Assembly: GCA_016870595.1 (NCBI GenBank)
Contig: VGBI01000001.1
Span: forward strand, 3,469-67,468
DNA: 64,000 bases
Direction: 5' to 3'
Source of the DNA: Actinomycetota bacterium
Lineage (GTDB): Bacteria > Actinomycetota > Acidimicrobiia > IMCC26256 > PALSA-555
The notes beneath the pieces are model-generated. The model did not search any database. It was not told the DNA's origin and saw nothing but the letters and a program-made list of their open reading frames with translations. Positions 48,086 to 55,582 of this stretch are shown here, one piece after another. The translations under genes and the position numbers were made by a program. Position 1 is the stretch's first letter; each line of letters opens with the position of its first letter.

Positions 48086-48583
48086 TTGTTCGAGCAGCTC
48101 CGGTCCTGGGAAGCGTGGTGTGCCGACGTGTACGACTCCCACACCGCCTACCCGATGCTGCTCACGTTCCGGTCCCGCCAGCCCGGCCGGCCGTGGTCGG
48201 TGGGTCTCGGCATCGTGCTGGAGGCGGTGAGCAACGTGCTGGCCGTGGTCGACCGGTCCGACCTGGGGCCGGCGAAGAGCCTCTACCGTCGGGCGGTGAT
48301 GGTCCTCGACACCGTGCGTCGGCACCGGCAGGTGACGGTGGCCGCGATGCCCGTGCCGCCGGACGAGGTCGAGCGTCGGCTCCGCGCGGTGTACGACGAC
48401 TTCGTGGCCGACGGCCTCCCGGTCCGGCCCCTCGACGAGGCCCGGGACCGCCTCCACGCCCTGCGGGCCGACGACGTCCCCGTCCTGCTCGGACTCAGCG
48501 AGGCCATGCTCGCCCCGCTCGGGTTCCGGCCCAACGTCCGCCCGCTCCCCGTGTCGGCACGCCCGTCGGACGCGCCGTCGTGA
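48086..48583 (+). CDS. hypothetical protein, first gene of a coupled triplet
   Basis: 165 aa with a TTG start. Its stop overlaps the next start (GTGA at 48580-83). Confidence 0.45.
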   Translation: MFEQLRSWEAWCADVYDSHTAYPMLLTFRSRQPGRPWSVGLGIVLEAVSNVLAVVDRSDLGPAKSLYRRAVMVLDTVRRHRQVTVAAMPVPPDEVERRLRAVYDDFVADGLPVRPLDEARDRLHALRADDVPVLLGLSEAMLAPLGFRPNVRPLPVSARPSDAPS

Positions 48584-49311
48584 CCGGACCTGGCGGGCCG
48601 CCGCCCGACCCGGACCCGCCGCCGGCGGTCGTGCCGATCGCGCCGGTCCCGCCGGTGGTGGTCCCGCCCGCGGCGCCGGGCGTCTTTGACCTCGTGGCCC
48701 GGGGGGCCCGGGTCGGCGTCGACGCCGCCGGGCTCCTCGCCGCCGAGGTCGCCGACGCCACCGTGCGCATCGCGCGGGCGGTCCTGCCCCCGGCGGTGAC
48801 GACCGGGCCGCTCGAGTTCGTGGGCGACGCGGTGGAACGGCGCCGGACCGAGGCCCGGCGCCGGGAGGCGGCGAACGCCGACGCCACCGCCGACGCCGTG
48901 CAGGCGGTGGTCCGCCGGGTGGTGGAGCTCGTCATCGACCAGATCGACATGTCGGCACTGGTCCGGCGGATCCCGATCGACGAGGTGGTCGACCAGATCG
49001 ATATCGACGCCATCGCGGAGCGCATCGACGTCGACGCGGTCGTCGCCCGGGTCGACATCGACGCCATCGTCGCCCGCATCGACGTGGCCGGCATCGTCGC
49101 CTCGATGGACCTCGGGGCGATCGTGCGCGACTCCACCACCGGCCTCGCCGGGGAGACGCTCGACGGCGTCCGGGTCCAGCTCATGGGCCTCGACCTCCTG
49201 CTCGCCCGCCTGGTGGACCGGATCACGTTCCGGCGCACGCCCCGCGACACCGCCGTGCCCGGGTACGACGTCGCCGGCCCCGAGATCCGCACGCCGCGGG
49301 GGCTCCGGTGA
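48580..49311 (+). CDS. Pro-rich N-terminus / seven-fold nonapeptide-repeat protein
   Basis: 243 aa. Seven consecutive 9-residue units IDMSALVRR-IPIDEVVDQ-IDIDAIAER-IDVDAVVAR-VDIDAIVAR-IDVAGIVAS-MDLGAIVRD. Both ends are translationally coupled (GTGA). Confidence 0.6.
   Translation: MTGPGGPPPDPDPPPAVVPIAPVPPVVVPPAAPGVFDLVARGARVGVDAAGLLAAEVADATVRIARAVLPPAVTTGPLEFVGDAVERRRTEARRREAANADATADAVQAVVRRVVELVIDQIDMSALVRRIPIDEVVDQIDIDAIAERIDVDAVVARVDIDAIVARIDVAGIVASMDLGAIVRDSTTGLAGETLDGVRVQLMGLDLLLARLVDRITFRRTPRDTAVPGYDVAGPEIRTPRGLR
48943..49131 (+). repeat. 7 x 27-bp in-frame coding repeat (consensus peptide IDIDAIVAR)
   Basis: Read directly from the translation and from the atcgac-rich DNA. Confidence 0.85.
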
Positions 49312-49820
49312 GCCGTTTCATCCGCAACCCGCGGGCCCAGGCCCTCCAGGGGCACCGGGCCGGCATCGTGTCGCGCGCCCTTGCGTTCGCCGCCGATCTC
49401 GGGATCGCGTTCGTGCTCGCCACCGGGCTGTTCGCGGGTGTGAGCCTCCTGTGGGACCTGTTCTTCTCCGACGACCTGGGCGTGCCCCGACCCGCCGGCG
49501 GGGTGTCGGCGACGGTCATCTTCGTGATCCTGGTGCTCACCCTCGGGCTCGGCTGGGGCTCCACCGGCCGGAGCATCGGCAAGCAGCTGGTGGGGCTGCG
49601 CGTGGTGCGGGCCGATGCCGCACCGCTGGAGCCGGGGCAGGCCTACCTCCGCGCGATCCTGTGCGCGCTCGTGCCGATCGGGCTGCTGCTGGCGCTGTTC
49701 GACCGCCGCAACCGCAGCGTCCAGGACGTGCTGTGCAAGACGGTCGTCGTCTACGACTGGGTGCCCGAGGTTGCGCACGTCCCCGTGTCGCGACCGCAGT
49801 CAGGCCAGCCGGGCGCGTAG
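49308..49820 (+). CDS. RDD-family membrane protein
   Basis: 170 aa. Pattern AGIVSRALAFAADL...GRSIGKQLVGLRVV...NRSVQDVLCKTVVV. Confidence 0.8.
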   Translation: MSRFIRNPRAQALQGHRAGIVSRALAFAADLGIAFVLATGLFAGVSLLWDLFFSDDLGVPRPAGGVSATVIFVILVLTLGLGWGSTGRSIGKQLVGLRVVRADAAPLEPGQAYLRAILCALVPIGLLLALFDRRNRSVQDVLCKTVVVYDWVPEVAHVPVSRPQSGQPGA

Positions 49821-50765
49821 CTCGGTGCTCACGAGCGTCACGTGACGCTCGACCAGGTCGTCGGGCATCCCGGCGATGCTCGCCCACAGGTAGACCTGCA
49901 CCACGGGCAGCCCGTCGGTGCGGGCCCGGATATGGGCGGCGGCGTCCTCGGGGGTGCACACCGCGAACCGGGCCGGGGTGCCGTCGGGGCGCGGCGTCAC
50001 CCAGCGGTCGGGATCGATCGGCGGGGGAGCGGGGGCTCCGGTGCCCTCGACCGAGTACCGGTTGTACGAGTCCCACTGGTACTGCAGGTGCGGCCGGATG
50101 CGGGGCCAGGCCGCCTCGGGGTCGTCGGCGACCACCAGGTTCACCACGGCGGCGCAGCGGGCCGAGGCGGGATCGTGCCCGCCGGCGGCGAGACCGGCGC
50201 GGTACGGGGCCATGAGCGCCGGGTCGAACGCAAGCAGGCCCGCACCGAGCTCGCCGGCGAGGCGGGCACCGCGGGGTCCGAAGAAGCCACCCCACACCGG
50301 CACCGGCTGCTGGACCGGGGGTGGGGTCACCTCCCCGTCGGCCCAGAGCCGCAGCACCTCGCGCAGCACGGCCTCGGTCTGGGCGAAGCGACCGTCGAAC
50401 GTCCGGCCGAAGCCCTCGTACTCGGGCACGCGGTAGCCGAGGCCCACGCCGAGGTCGAGCCGTCCGTCGCTCAGGATGTCGACCATCGCCGCCTCCTCGG
50501 CGACGTGGACGGCGGGGCGCAGCGCGGCGAGGAGCACCGCGGTGCCGATCCGGATCGACGAGGTGCGGGCGGCGATCGCCGCGGCGAGGGTGAGCGGCTG
50601 GGGGAGATAGCCGTCCTCGAAGAAGTGGTGCTCCGAGCACCAGACCGACGCGGCGCCCAGCCGTTCGGCCTCCTCCACGATCTCGAGGGTGCGGGCGTAG
50701 TGCTCGGGCCACGGGCGCGCCCACTGCGGGGGGTTCCGCCCGTCCAGGTAGATCCCGACGTCCAT
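49800..50765 (-). CDS. luciferase-like (LLM) flavin/F420-dependent oxidoreductase
   Basis: 321 aa from ATG 50765 (MDVGIYLDG...VWCSEHHFFEDGY...RIGTAVLL). ATGA overlap with the upstream gene. Confidence 0.8.
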   Translation of the reverse strand: MDVGIYLDGRNPPQWARPWPEHYARTLEIVEEAERLGAASVWCSEHHFFEDGYLPQPLTLAAAIAARTSSIRIGTAVLLAALRPAVHVAEEAAMVDILSDGRLDLGVGLGYRVPEYEGFGRTFDGRFAQTEAVLREVLRLWADGEVTPPPVQQPVPVWGGFFGPRGARLAGELGAGLLAFDPALMAPYRAGLAAGGHDPASARCAAVVNLVVADDPEAAWPRIRPHLQYQWDSYNRYSVEGTGAPAPPPIDPDRWVTPRPDGTPARFAVCTPEDAAAHIRARTDGLPVVQVYLWASIAGMPDDLVERHVTLVSTELRARLA

Positions 50766-51193
50766 CACGGGCTCCCGGGGTCGGCCGGTGCGAACACCGG
50801 GACGACCGTCCCGTCGGCCGCGGGCTCGAACCCGACCGCCACCCGCTGCCCGACCCGGACCGACTCCGGGTCGCAGCCCACCACGTTGCTCATCACCCGC
50901 ACGCCCTCGTCGAGGTCGACGAGCGCGAGCACGTAGGGCACCCGCGCCGCGAAGGCCGGGTTGGGGTGGCGGCGGACGACCGTGGCGGCGTACACGGTGC
51001 CCCGACCCGACGACTCGACCACGTCGAGGTCGTCGGCGAGGCACTCGGTGCACCAGGGGCGGGGGAAGTGCTGGAGCCGGTCGCAACGCGGGCAGTGCTG
51101 GAGCACGAGCCGGTGCTCGGTCGCGGCGGCCCAGTACGGGGCGCCGTGGTCGGACGGCTCGGGGGCCGGGCGGGGCGGGAGCGCGTCGCTCAT
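50765..51193 (-). CDS. DUF35-type Zn-ribbon/OB-fold protein
   Basis: 142 aa. Pattern LQHCPRCDRLQHFPRPWCTECL...GTVYAATVV. ATGA overlap with the thiolase-like gene. Confidence 0.8.
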   Translation of the reverse strand: MSDALPPRPAPEPSDHGAPYWAAATEHRLVLQHCPRCDRLQHFPRPWCTECLADDLDVVESSGRGTVYAATVVRRHPNPAFAARVPYVLALVDLDEGVRVMSNVVGCDPESVRVGQRVAVGFEPAADGTVVPVFAPADPGSP

Positions 51194-52347
51194 GCGCCAC
51201 CTCGCTCGAGGACGAGCGTGCACTGCTCGGCGAGGATCCCGCCGTTGCCGTTCACGAGGGCCAGGCGGCAGTCGGGCACCTGGCGGGCCCCGCCCGCGCC
51301 GCGCAGCTGGACGACCGCCTCGGTCACGTGGCTCGCGCCACCCGCGAGGCCGGCCTGCCCGTACGACAGCTGGCCACCGTGGGTGTTGCAGGGGAGGTCA
51401 CCCGCGAAGGTGAGGTCGTGGTCGGCCACGAAGGGTCCGCCCTGCCCCTTCGCGCAGAACCCGGCGTCCTCGAGCGTGAGGATGACGGTGATCGTGTAGC
51501 AGTCGTAGGCCGAGACCAGGTCGATGTCGGCGGGCGTCACGCCCGCGGCGGCGTAGGCCCGGCCGGCGGACTCCACGATCCCGGTCCGGGTCAGGTCGGG
51601 GAGCGAGACCAGTGACGAGTGGGTGATCTGCTCGCCGAAGCCGCGCAGCACGACCGGGGGGTGGGGTCCGGCGGCGGCGACGTCGGCCGGGGCCACGATG
51701 AACGCGGTGGCCCCGAAGCAGGGCATGACGATCTCGAGCAGGTGGAGGGGGTCGCACACCAGCGGGGAGCCGAGCACGTCGTCGACCGTGATCGGGGTGT
51801 CGGCGAACAACGAGGTCGGGTTCGCGCAGGCGTTGGTGCGCTGGTCGACCGCGACCTTGGCCCGCTGCTCGTCGGTGGTGCCGAACTCGTACGCGTGGCG
51901 GCTCGCGGCGAGCGCGTACCCGGAGTTCGGACCGAGCGAGCCGTACGGGCGCTCCCACTGGCCGTTGGGCAGGGCCGGCCACGACGGTGCATGGATCCCG
52001 GAGCGCGGGTCGGCGCCCTCGGCGAGCACGCAGAGGACCGACCGGCAGACCCCGGCCTCGATCGCGGCGGCGGCCCGCCACACCATGCCGGTCGCGGTGG
52101 CGCCCCCGACGTCGACGACGTCGCAGTACGACGGCCGCAGTCCGAGGAGATCGGCGACCATCGACGCCACGGTGAGCGGCGCGCCGGTGAAGGTCGGGGA
52201 GAGCAGCAGACCGTCGACGTCGGTGGGCCGCAGGTGGGCGTCGAGCATCGCGTCGCGCGCGACGCGGGCGACGAGGTCGAGCGTCGTCGCGCCGTCGGAC
52301 CGGCGTCGGGGCGGGACCTCCCCGATGCCGATGATCGCCGTGTCCAG
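51190..52347 (-). CDS. SCP-x/thiolase-like protein (start unresolved; CTG 52347 proposed)
   Basis: Pattern TAIIGIGEVP...YCDVVDVGGATATGMV...NTHGGQLSYGQAG. The track's ATG (52464) lies inside tRNA-Sec. No ATG/GTG/TTG exists between the tRNA and the conserved IIGIG. AGAGGA lies 5 nt before the CTG. Confidence 0.75.
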   Translation of the reverse strand: MDTAIIGIGEVPPRRRSDGATTLDLVARVARDAMLDAHLRPTDVDGLLLSPTFTGAPLTVASMVADLLGLRPSYCDVVDVGGATATGMVWRAAAAIEAGVCRSVLCVLAEGADPRSGIHAPSWPALPNGQWERPYGSLGPNSGYALAASRHAYEFGTTDEQRAKVAVDQRTNACANPTSLFADTPITVDDVLGSPLVCDPLHLLEIVMPCFGATAFIVAPADVAAAGPHPPVVLRGFGEQITHSSLVSLPDLTRTGIVESAGRAYAAAGVTPADIDLVSAYDCYTITVILTLEDAGFCAKGQGGPFVADHDLTFAGDLPCNTHGGQLSYGQAGLAGGASHVTEAVVQLRGAGGARQVPDCRLALVNGNGGILAEQCTLVLERGGA

Positions 52348-52388
52348 GGTCGTCCTCTGCGGGGCTCGGGGCGACGGGTCGTCGCTCG

Positions 52389-52482
52389 TGGCGGAGGTGG
52401 CAGGAATCGAACCCACCGGACGGGGATCACCCGTCCCACTCGTTTTGAAGACGAGGGGGGCCACCAGGCCCCGTTCACCTCC
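52389..52482 (-). tRNA. selC: tRNA-Sec (anticodon UCA), CCA apparently encoded; 5' end +/-2 nt
   Basis: Reverse complement GGAGGTGAACGGGGCCTGGTGGCCCCCCTCGTCTTCAAAACGAGTGGGACGGGTGATCCCCGTCCGGTGGGTTCGATTCCTGCCACCTCCGCCA. It has a 6-bp D-stem with a 4-nt loop, anticodon loop CTTCAAA, a 7-bp variable arm, T-loop TTCGATT, discriminator G and CCA. Confidence 0.85.
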
Positions 52483-52494
52483 GCTGCGGGTCTA

Positions 52495-53775
52495 TCACGC
52501 CTCCCCGGCCGCCGCCGCTCCGTCGGGTGCCGGGGCGTCGGCAGTGGTCGGGTCGGTGGCCTCGGCGGCATCGGGCCCGTCGGGGCGCTCCCCGCGGCGG
52601 GGCGTGGCCCACGCCGCGAGGGCCTCGGTGAGGGCGAGGTAGATGGCCGCCACGCCGAGCAGCACCACGAGCACCGTCGTCAGGCTCCCGGGGCTGAGGA
52701 CGGCGAACAGTCCGACCACGAGGAGGCCGGCCGCCCGCCACCAGTGGGCGGACCGGTCCGCGGGACCGGGGAGGCGGGGGGCGAGCGCCCCCTGCACCAG
52801 GCCGCGGACGACCTCGGCCGGTCCGACGGCGCCGTCGGCGGGCTCAGCGGACTCGGCCGACCCGGCGGGTGTGGTCGCGACCACAACGCCAGGAGGACGC
52901 TGCGCGGCCTGGGCCCGGACCCAGGCGACACCCCGACGGGCTGTGGCCGTCACCGCCGCCCAGCCTCCGTTGCGGTCGATCCAGCCTGCGGCCAGGGCGA
53001 TGACGGCCCCGACCACGAGGACCACGATGCCCTGCACGGCGAGGTCGTGGAGGATCACGCCGTAGGAGGTGCCGGCGGCGGCCGAGTACTCGGGTCGGTC
53101 GGGCAGGCCGCCGACCACGCTCCGGCCGATCCGTTGGGCGACCAGGCGCAGCGCGAACAGCCCGACGACGACCCACGCGGTCAGCGCGACGGTGCGCCAC
53201 CGGCGGGTCGAGCAGACCAGGGCCCCGACGAAGCAGGCGACCATGAGGATCGTCACCACGACCAGCAGGGTCCGGAACAGCTCGAGGGTCTGGTAGAACG
53301 CGTTGACCTGGCTGCGCCGCAGGACCTGGATCCGGATCTCCTCGCCGCTCGGGATCAGCTGCGCGATGTCGGGGGCGATCGGTTGGATCGCCTCCCGGAC
53401 CCGGTCCACGACCTCGGTGAGGTCGAGGACGGCTCCACGGATCCGGTCGTCGACGACCGCCTGGTGGGCCCGGCGTACGGCGGCGTCGAAGATCTGCTGG
53501 AACCGGTCGCTCTCGACCACGCCGCCGACGATGGTCGCGATGAAGGGCTGCACGAGATCCAGGTCCGTGCCCGCCGCGCTGCTGATCTGGTTGGTGATGG
53601 CCTCGGCGAGGGCGTCCTGGACGTCCTGCTCCGTGAGCAGTGACCCCGCGGTGGTGGTGAAGCGGTCGGAGTCGAGCAGGTGCCGGTCGGCCCACCACCC
53701 GAGCGAGGCGACGAGCAGCAGGACCGCGGTGGACACCGCCAGCACCACGGCCCCGATGCGCCGGGTCGAATCCAT
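52495..53775 (-). CDS. integral membrane protein of unknown function
   Basis: 426 aa. N-terminal TM, a roughly 140-aa soluble segment, then about 5 TM segments and an Ala/Pro/Asp-rich tail. Confidence 0.55.
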   Translation of the reverse strand: MDSTRRIGAVVLAVSTAVLLLVASLGWWADRHLLDSDRFTTTAGSLLTEQDVQDALAEAITNQISSAAGTDLDLVQPFIATIVGGVVESDRFQQIFDAAVRRAHQAVVDDRIRGAVLDLTEVVDRVREAIQPIAPDIAQLIPSGEEIRIQVLRRSQVNAFYQTLELFRTLLVVVTILMVACFVGALVCSTRRWRTVALTAWVVVGLFALRLVAQRIGRSVVGGLPDRPEYSAAAGTSYGVILHDLAVQGIVVLVVGAVIALAAGWIDRNGGWAAVTATARRGVAWVRAQAAQRPPGVVVATTPAGSAESAEPADGAVGPAEVVRGLVQGALAPRLPGPADRSAHWWRAAGLLVVGLFAVLSPGSLTTVLVVLLGVAAIYLALTEALAAWATPRRGERPDGPDAAEATDPTTADAPAPDGAAAAGEA

Positions 53776-53816
53776 GCGGGAAGTCTGTCAGGTGCCGTCG
53801 GGGCCGTCGGGGCTCG

Positions 53817-54638
53817 TCACGCCGCCGGTGGGACCAGGGGCGCGATCGTCGGGACCGTCGCGACGGGCTCGCGGTCCCGCCCCCGCCGCCGCCACGCGAG
53901 GCCGACCAGGACGCCGAAGACGAAGCCGCCGACGTGCGCGGCCCAGGCGATCCCCGCGTCGGCCCCGACGAGCAGGAACTGGAGGGCCAGCCACACGAGC
54001 AGGAGCCAGACGGCCTTGACCTTCCGCAGCATCATGAACCCGAAGAAGATGATCGTCTTGACCCGGGTCCCCGGGTAGCAGACGAGGTACGCGCCCATCA
54101 CGGCCGCGATCGCGCCGGAGGCCCCGATCATCGGCACCGTGGACCCGGGATCGGTCAGGACGTGGGCCAGGGTCGCGACGATCCCGCCGAGCAGGAACAC
54201 CAGGAGGAAGCGGCCCCGGCCCCAGCGGTGCTCGATGTCGTTGCCGAACACCCAGAGGAAGAGCAGGTTCCCGAAGAGGTGGGCGGGCGACCCGTGGAGG
54301 AACATCGAGATCAGCAACGCGAGGTAGACGACCTTGCCGGGGCTGCGGGCGGTTCCGTCGTCGTCGCCACACGCGCTCTGGTCACCCCGCACGAAGGTAT
54401 CGCGGTACTCGCGTAGCGTGAGCGGGCGACCCTGCACGATCTCGCAGGGGATGGCGGCGTTGTCGACGAGGAACCGGAGATCGTCGTCGTCGACGAGCTG
54501 GAGATCGGGCGAGACGACGTGGTCGACGGTCACCCGGGTCGGCTGCACCGCGAAGTACGTGACGATGCAGAGCGCGACGAGCGCCATCGTCACCCAGGCG
54601 ACGCGCCGGACCGGCGTCTCGTCGGAGAAGGGGATCAC
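53817..54638 (-). CDS. rhomboid-family intramembrane serine protease
   Basis: 273 aa from GTG 54638. Pattern FLHGSPAHLFGNLLFLWVFG...GASGAIAAVMGAY...AHVGGFVFG. GTGA overlap with the upstream gene. Confidence 0.85.
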   Translation of the reverse strand: MIPFSDETPVRRVAWVTMALVALCIVTYFAVQPTRVTVDHVVSPDLQLVDDDDLRFLVDNAAIPCEIVQGRPLTLREYRDTFVRGDQSACGDDDGTARSPGKVVYLALLISMFLHGSPAHLFGNLLFLWVFGNDIEHRWGRGRFLLVFLLGGIVATLAHVLTDPGSTVPMIGASGAIAAVMGAYLVCYPGTRVKTIIFFGFMMLRKVKAVWLLLVWLALQFLLVGADAGIAWAAHVGGFVFGVLVGLAWRRRGRDREPVATVPTIAPLVPPAA

Positions 54639-55228
54639 CGCGTGCGCTCCGCGCCGCCGTCGGCGTCGTAGCCGGTCCACTGCGTGCCGTCCCACCACCG
54701 CAGCCGGGTCGGATCGGAGGGATCGGGGTGCCACCCCGGCGGCGGCAGGGTCCGCCCGGCGTAGGCGACCGCGGCGGCGCTCCTCCGGGCCCGGGCCTCG
54801 GCGGCCGAGGCGGTGAGGACGGCCAGGAGCTCGTCGCGATGATCGGTGCCGACCGCGACCCAGCACGGCCGGGTCCCGTCGCGGCCCCGGATCCCGATGC
54901 TGTCGCGCGTCCACACCGGGTTGCCGCCGAGGTACCGCGGATTGAACACGCGCCAGGGTCGGGGGTTCGTCGCCCGTCCGACCGCATCGAGGTCGAGCGC
55001 GGTGAGGGGCAGCGACCGCCGGCCCACCCAGATGCGCTCGTCGTCGACGCGGATCCGGGTGCGGGCGAAGCGACCGACGTTGACGAACCACGCGATGACG
55101 GCGACGGGCACGACGATCAGCCCGAGCGTGAACAGCGTGACGAGGCTGATGACGAGCAGCCACCACCAGGCCCGGCCTCGGGGCGCGAGCCGCTCCTCGT
55201 AGCGGGCGGGCGGCTGCCAACGGACCAT
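54635..55228 (-). CDS. membrane protein with PH-like middle region and C-terminal DUF2510-like motif
   Basis: 197 aa from ATG 55228 (MVRWQPPARYE...). One or two TM segments. C-terminal PPPGWHPDPSDPTRLRWWDGTQWT. The upstream part of the track ORF is translated tandem repeat. Confidence 0.6.
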   Translation of the reverse strand: MVRWQPPARYEERLAPRGRAWWWLLVISLVTLFTLGLIVVPVAVIAWFVNVGRFARTRIRVDDERIWVGRRSLPLTALDLDAVGRATNPRPWRVFNPRYLGGNPVWTRDSIGIRGRDGTRPCWVAVGTDHRDELLAVLTASAAEARARRSAAAVAYAGRTLPPPGWHPDPSDPTRLRWWDGTQWTGYDADGGAERTR

Positions 55229-55265
55229 GGCCGGGCTACGCTGGCGCTGCGGTCGTACCGAGCAC

Positions 55266-55345
55266 GATCGCACCCGCACCGATCCCACCCGCACCGATCC
55301 CACCCGCACCGATCCCACCCGCACCGATCCCACCCGCACCGATCG
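55266..55345. repeat. intergenic tandem repeat, 15-bp unit x about 5.3, each unit carrying GATC
   Basis: gatcg-cacccgcaccgatcc x4-cacccgcaccgatcg. GATC at 55266, 55281, 55296, 55311, 55326 and 55341. Confidence 0.95.
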
Positions 55346-55356
55346 CAGGAGTTCCG

Positions 55357-55431
55357 ATGAAAAAGCTCATCGTCCTTTGCATCCTCGTCGCCCTCGGCGT
55401 GGCCGTCGCCAAGAAGGTACGCGACGCCTGA
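55357..55431 (+). CDS. possible 24-aa hydrophobic peptide
   Basis: AGGAG (55347-51), 5 nt, then ATG. MKKLIVLCILVALGVAVAKKVRDA*. Below the size cut-off of the ORF track. Confidence 0.4.
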   Translation: MKKLIVLCILVALGVAVAKKVRDA

Positions 55432-55447
55432 GACGCGCGATCGGCCC

Positions 55448-55476
55448 TTGACCGGGGCCGCCCCCGTCCGTATGGT
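55448..55476 (+). promoter_or_regulatory. candidate promoter upstream of the ssd/cpaE-like gene or of a small RNA
   Basis: TTGACC (55448-53), 17 nt, TATGGT (55471-76). Confidence 0.35.
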
Positions 55477-55542
55477 AACGGGCCCTGCGGGTCCGGCTCC
55501 GCCGACGACCGCACCGTCCTCCCCGCCGCTTCCCCGGCTCCT

Positions 55543-55567
55543 CGGTCACGCTGCACCGGCGTGACCG
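55543..55567 (+). terminator. perfect 9-bp hairpin between the candidate promoter and the cpaE-like start
   Basis: cggtcacgc-tgcaccg-gcgtgaccg. No U-tract. Followed by GGGAGGAG and the GTG start. Confidence 0.3.
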
Positions 55568-55582
55568 ACGCACCCGGGAGGA

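Noticed and set aside
52348-52464. N-terminal extension of the thiolase-like ORF (MAPLVFKTSGTGDPRPVGSIPATSA...)
   Set aside because: This segment is the translation of the tRNA-Sec gene itself and of the short spacer, so it is not credible coding sequence.
55266-55345. Possible CRISPR array
   Set aside because: The 15-bp units are directly adjacent with no spacers. The unit is far shorter than CRISPR repeats, and there are no cas genes.
55229-55360. Reading frames through the 15-bp repeat (MRVGSVRVGSVRVGS... on the minus strand, RSHPHRSHPHRS... on the plus strand)
   Set aside because: They are perfect DNA repeats in an intergenic spacer. The real minus-strand gene has a good ATG at 55228 followed by a TM segment. 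The plus-strand frame belongs to an antisense artefact ORF.
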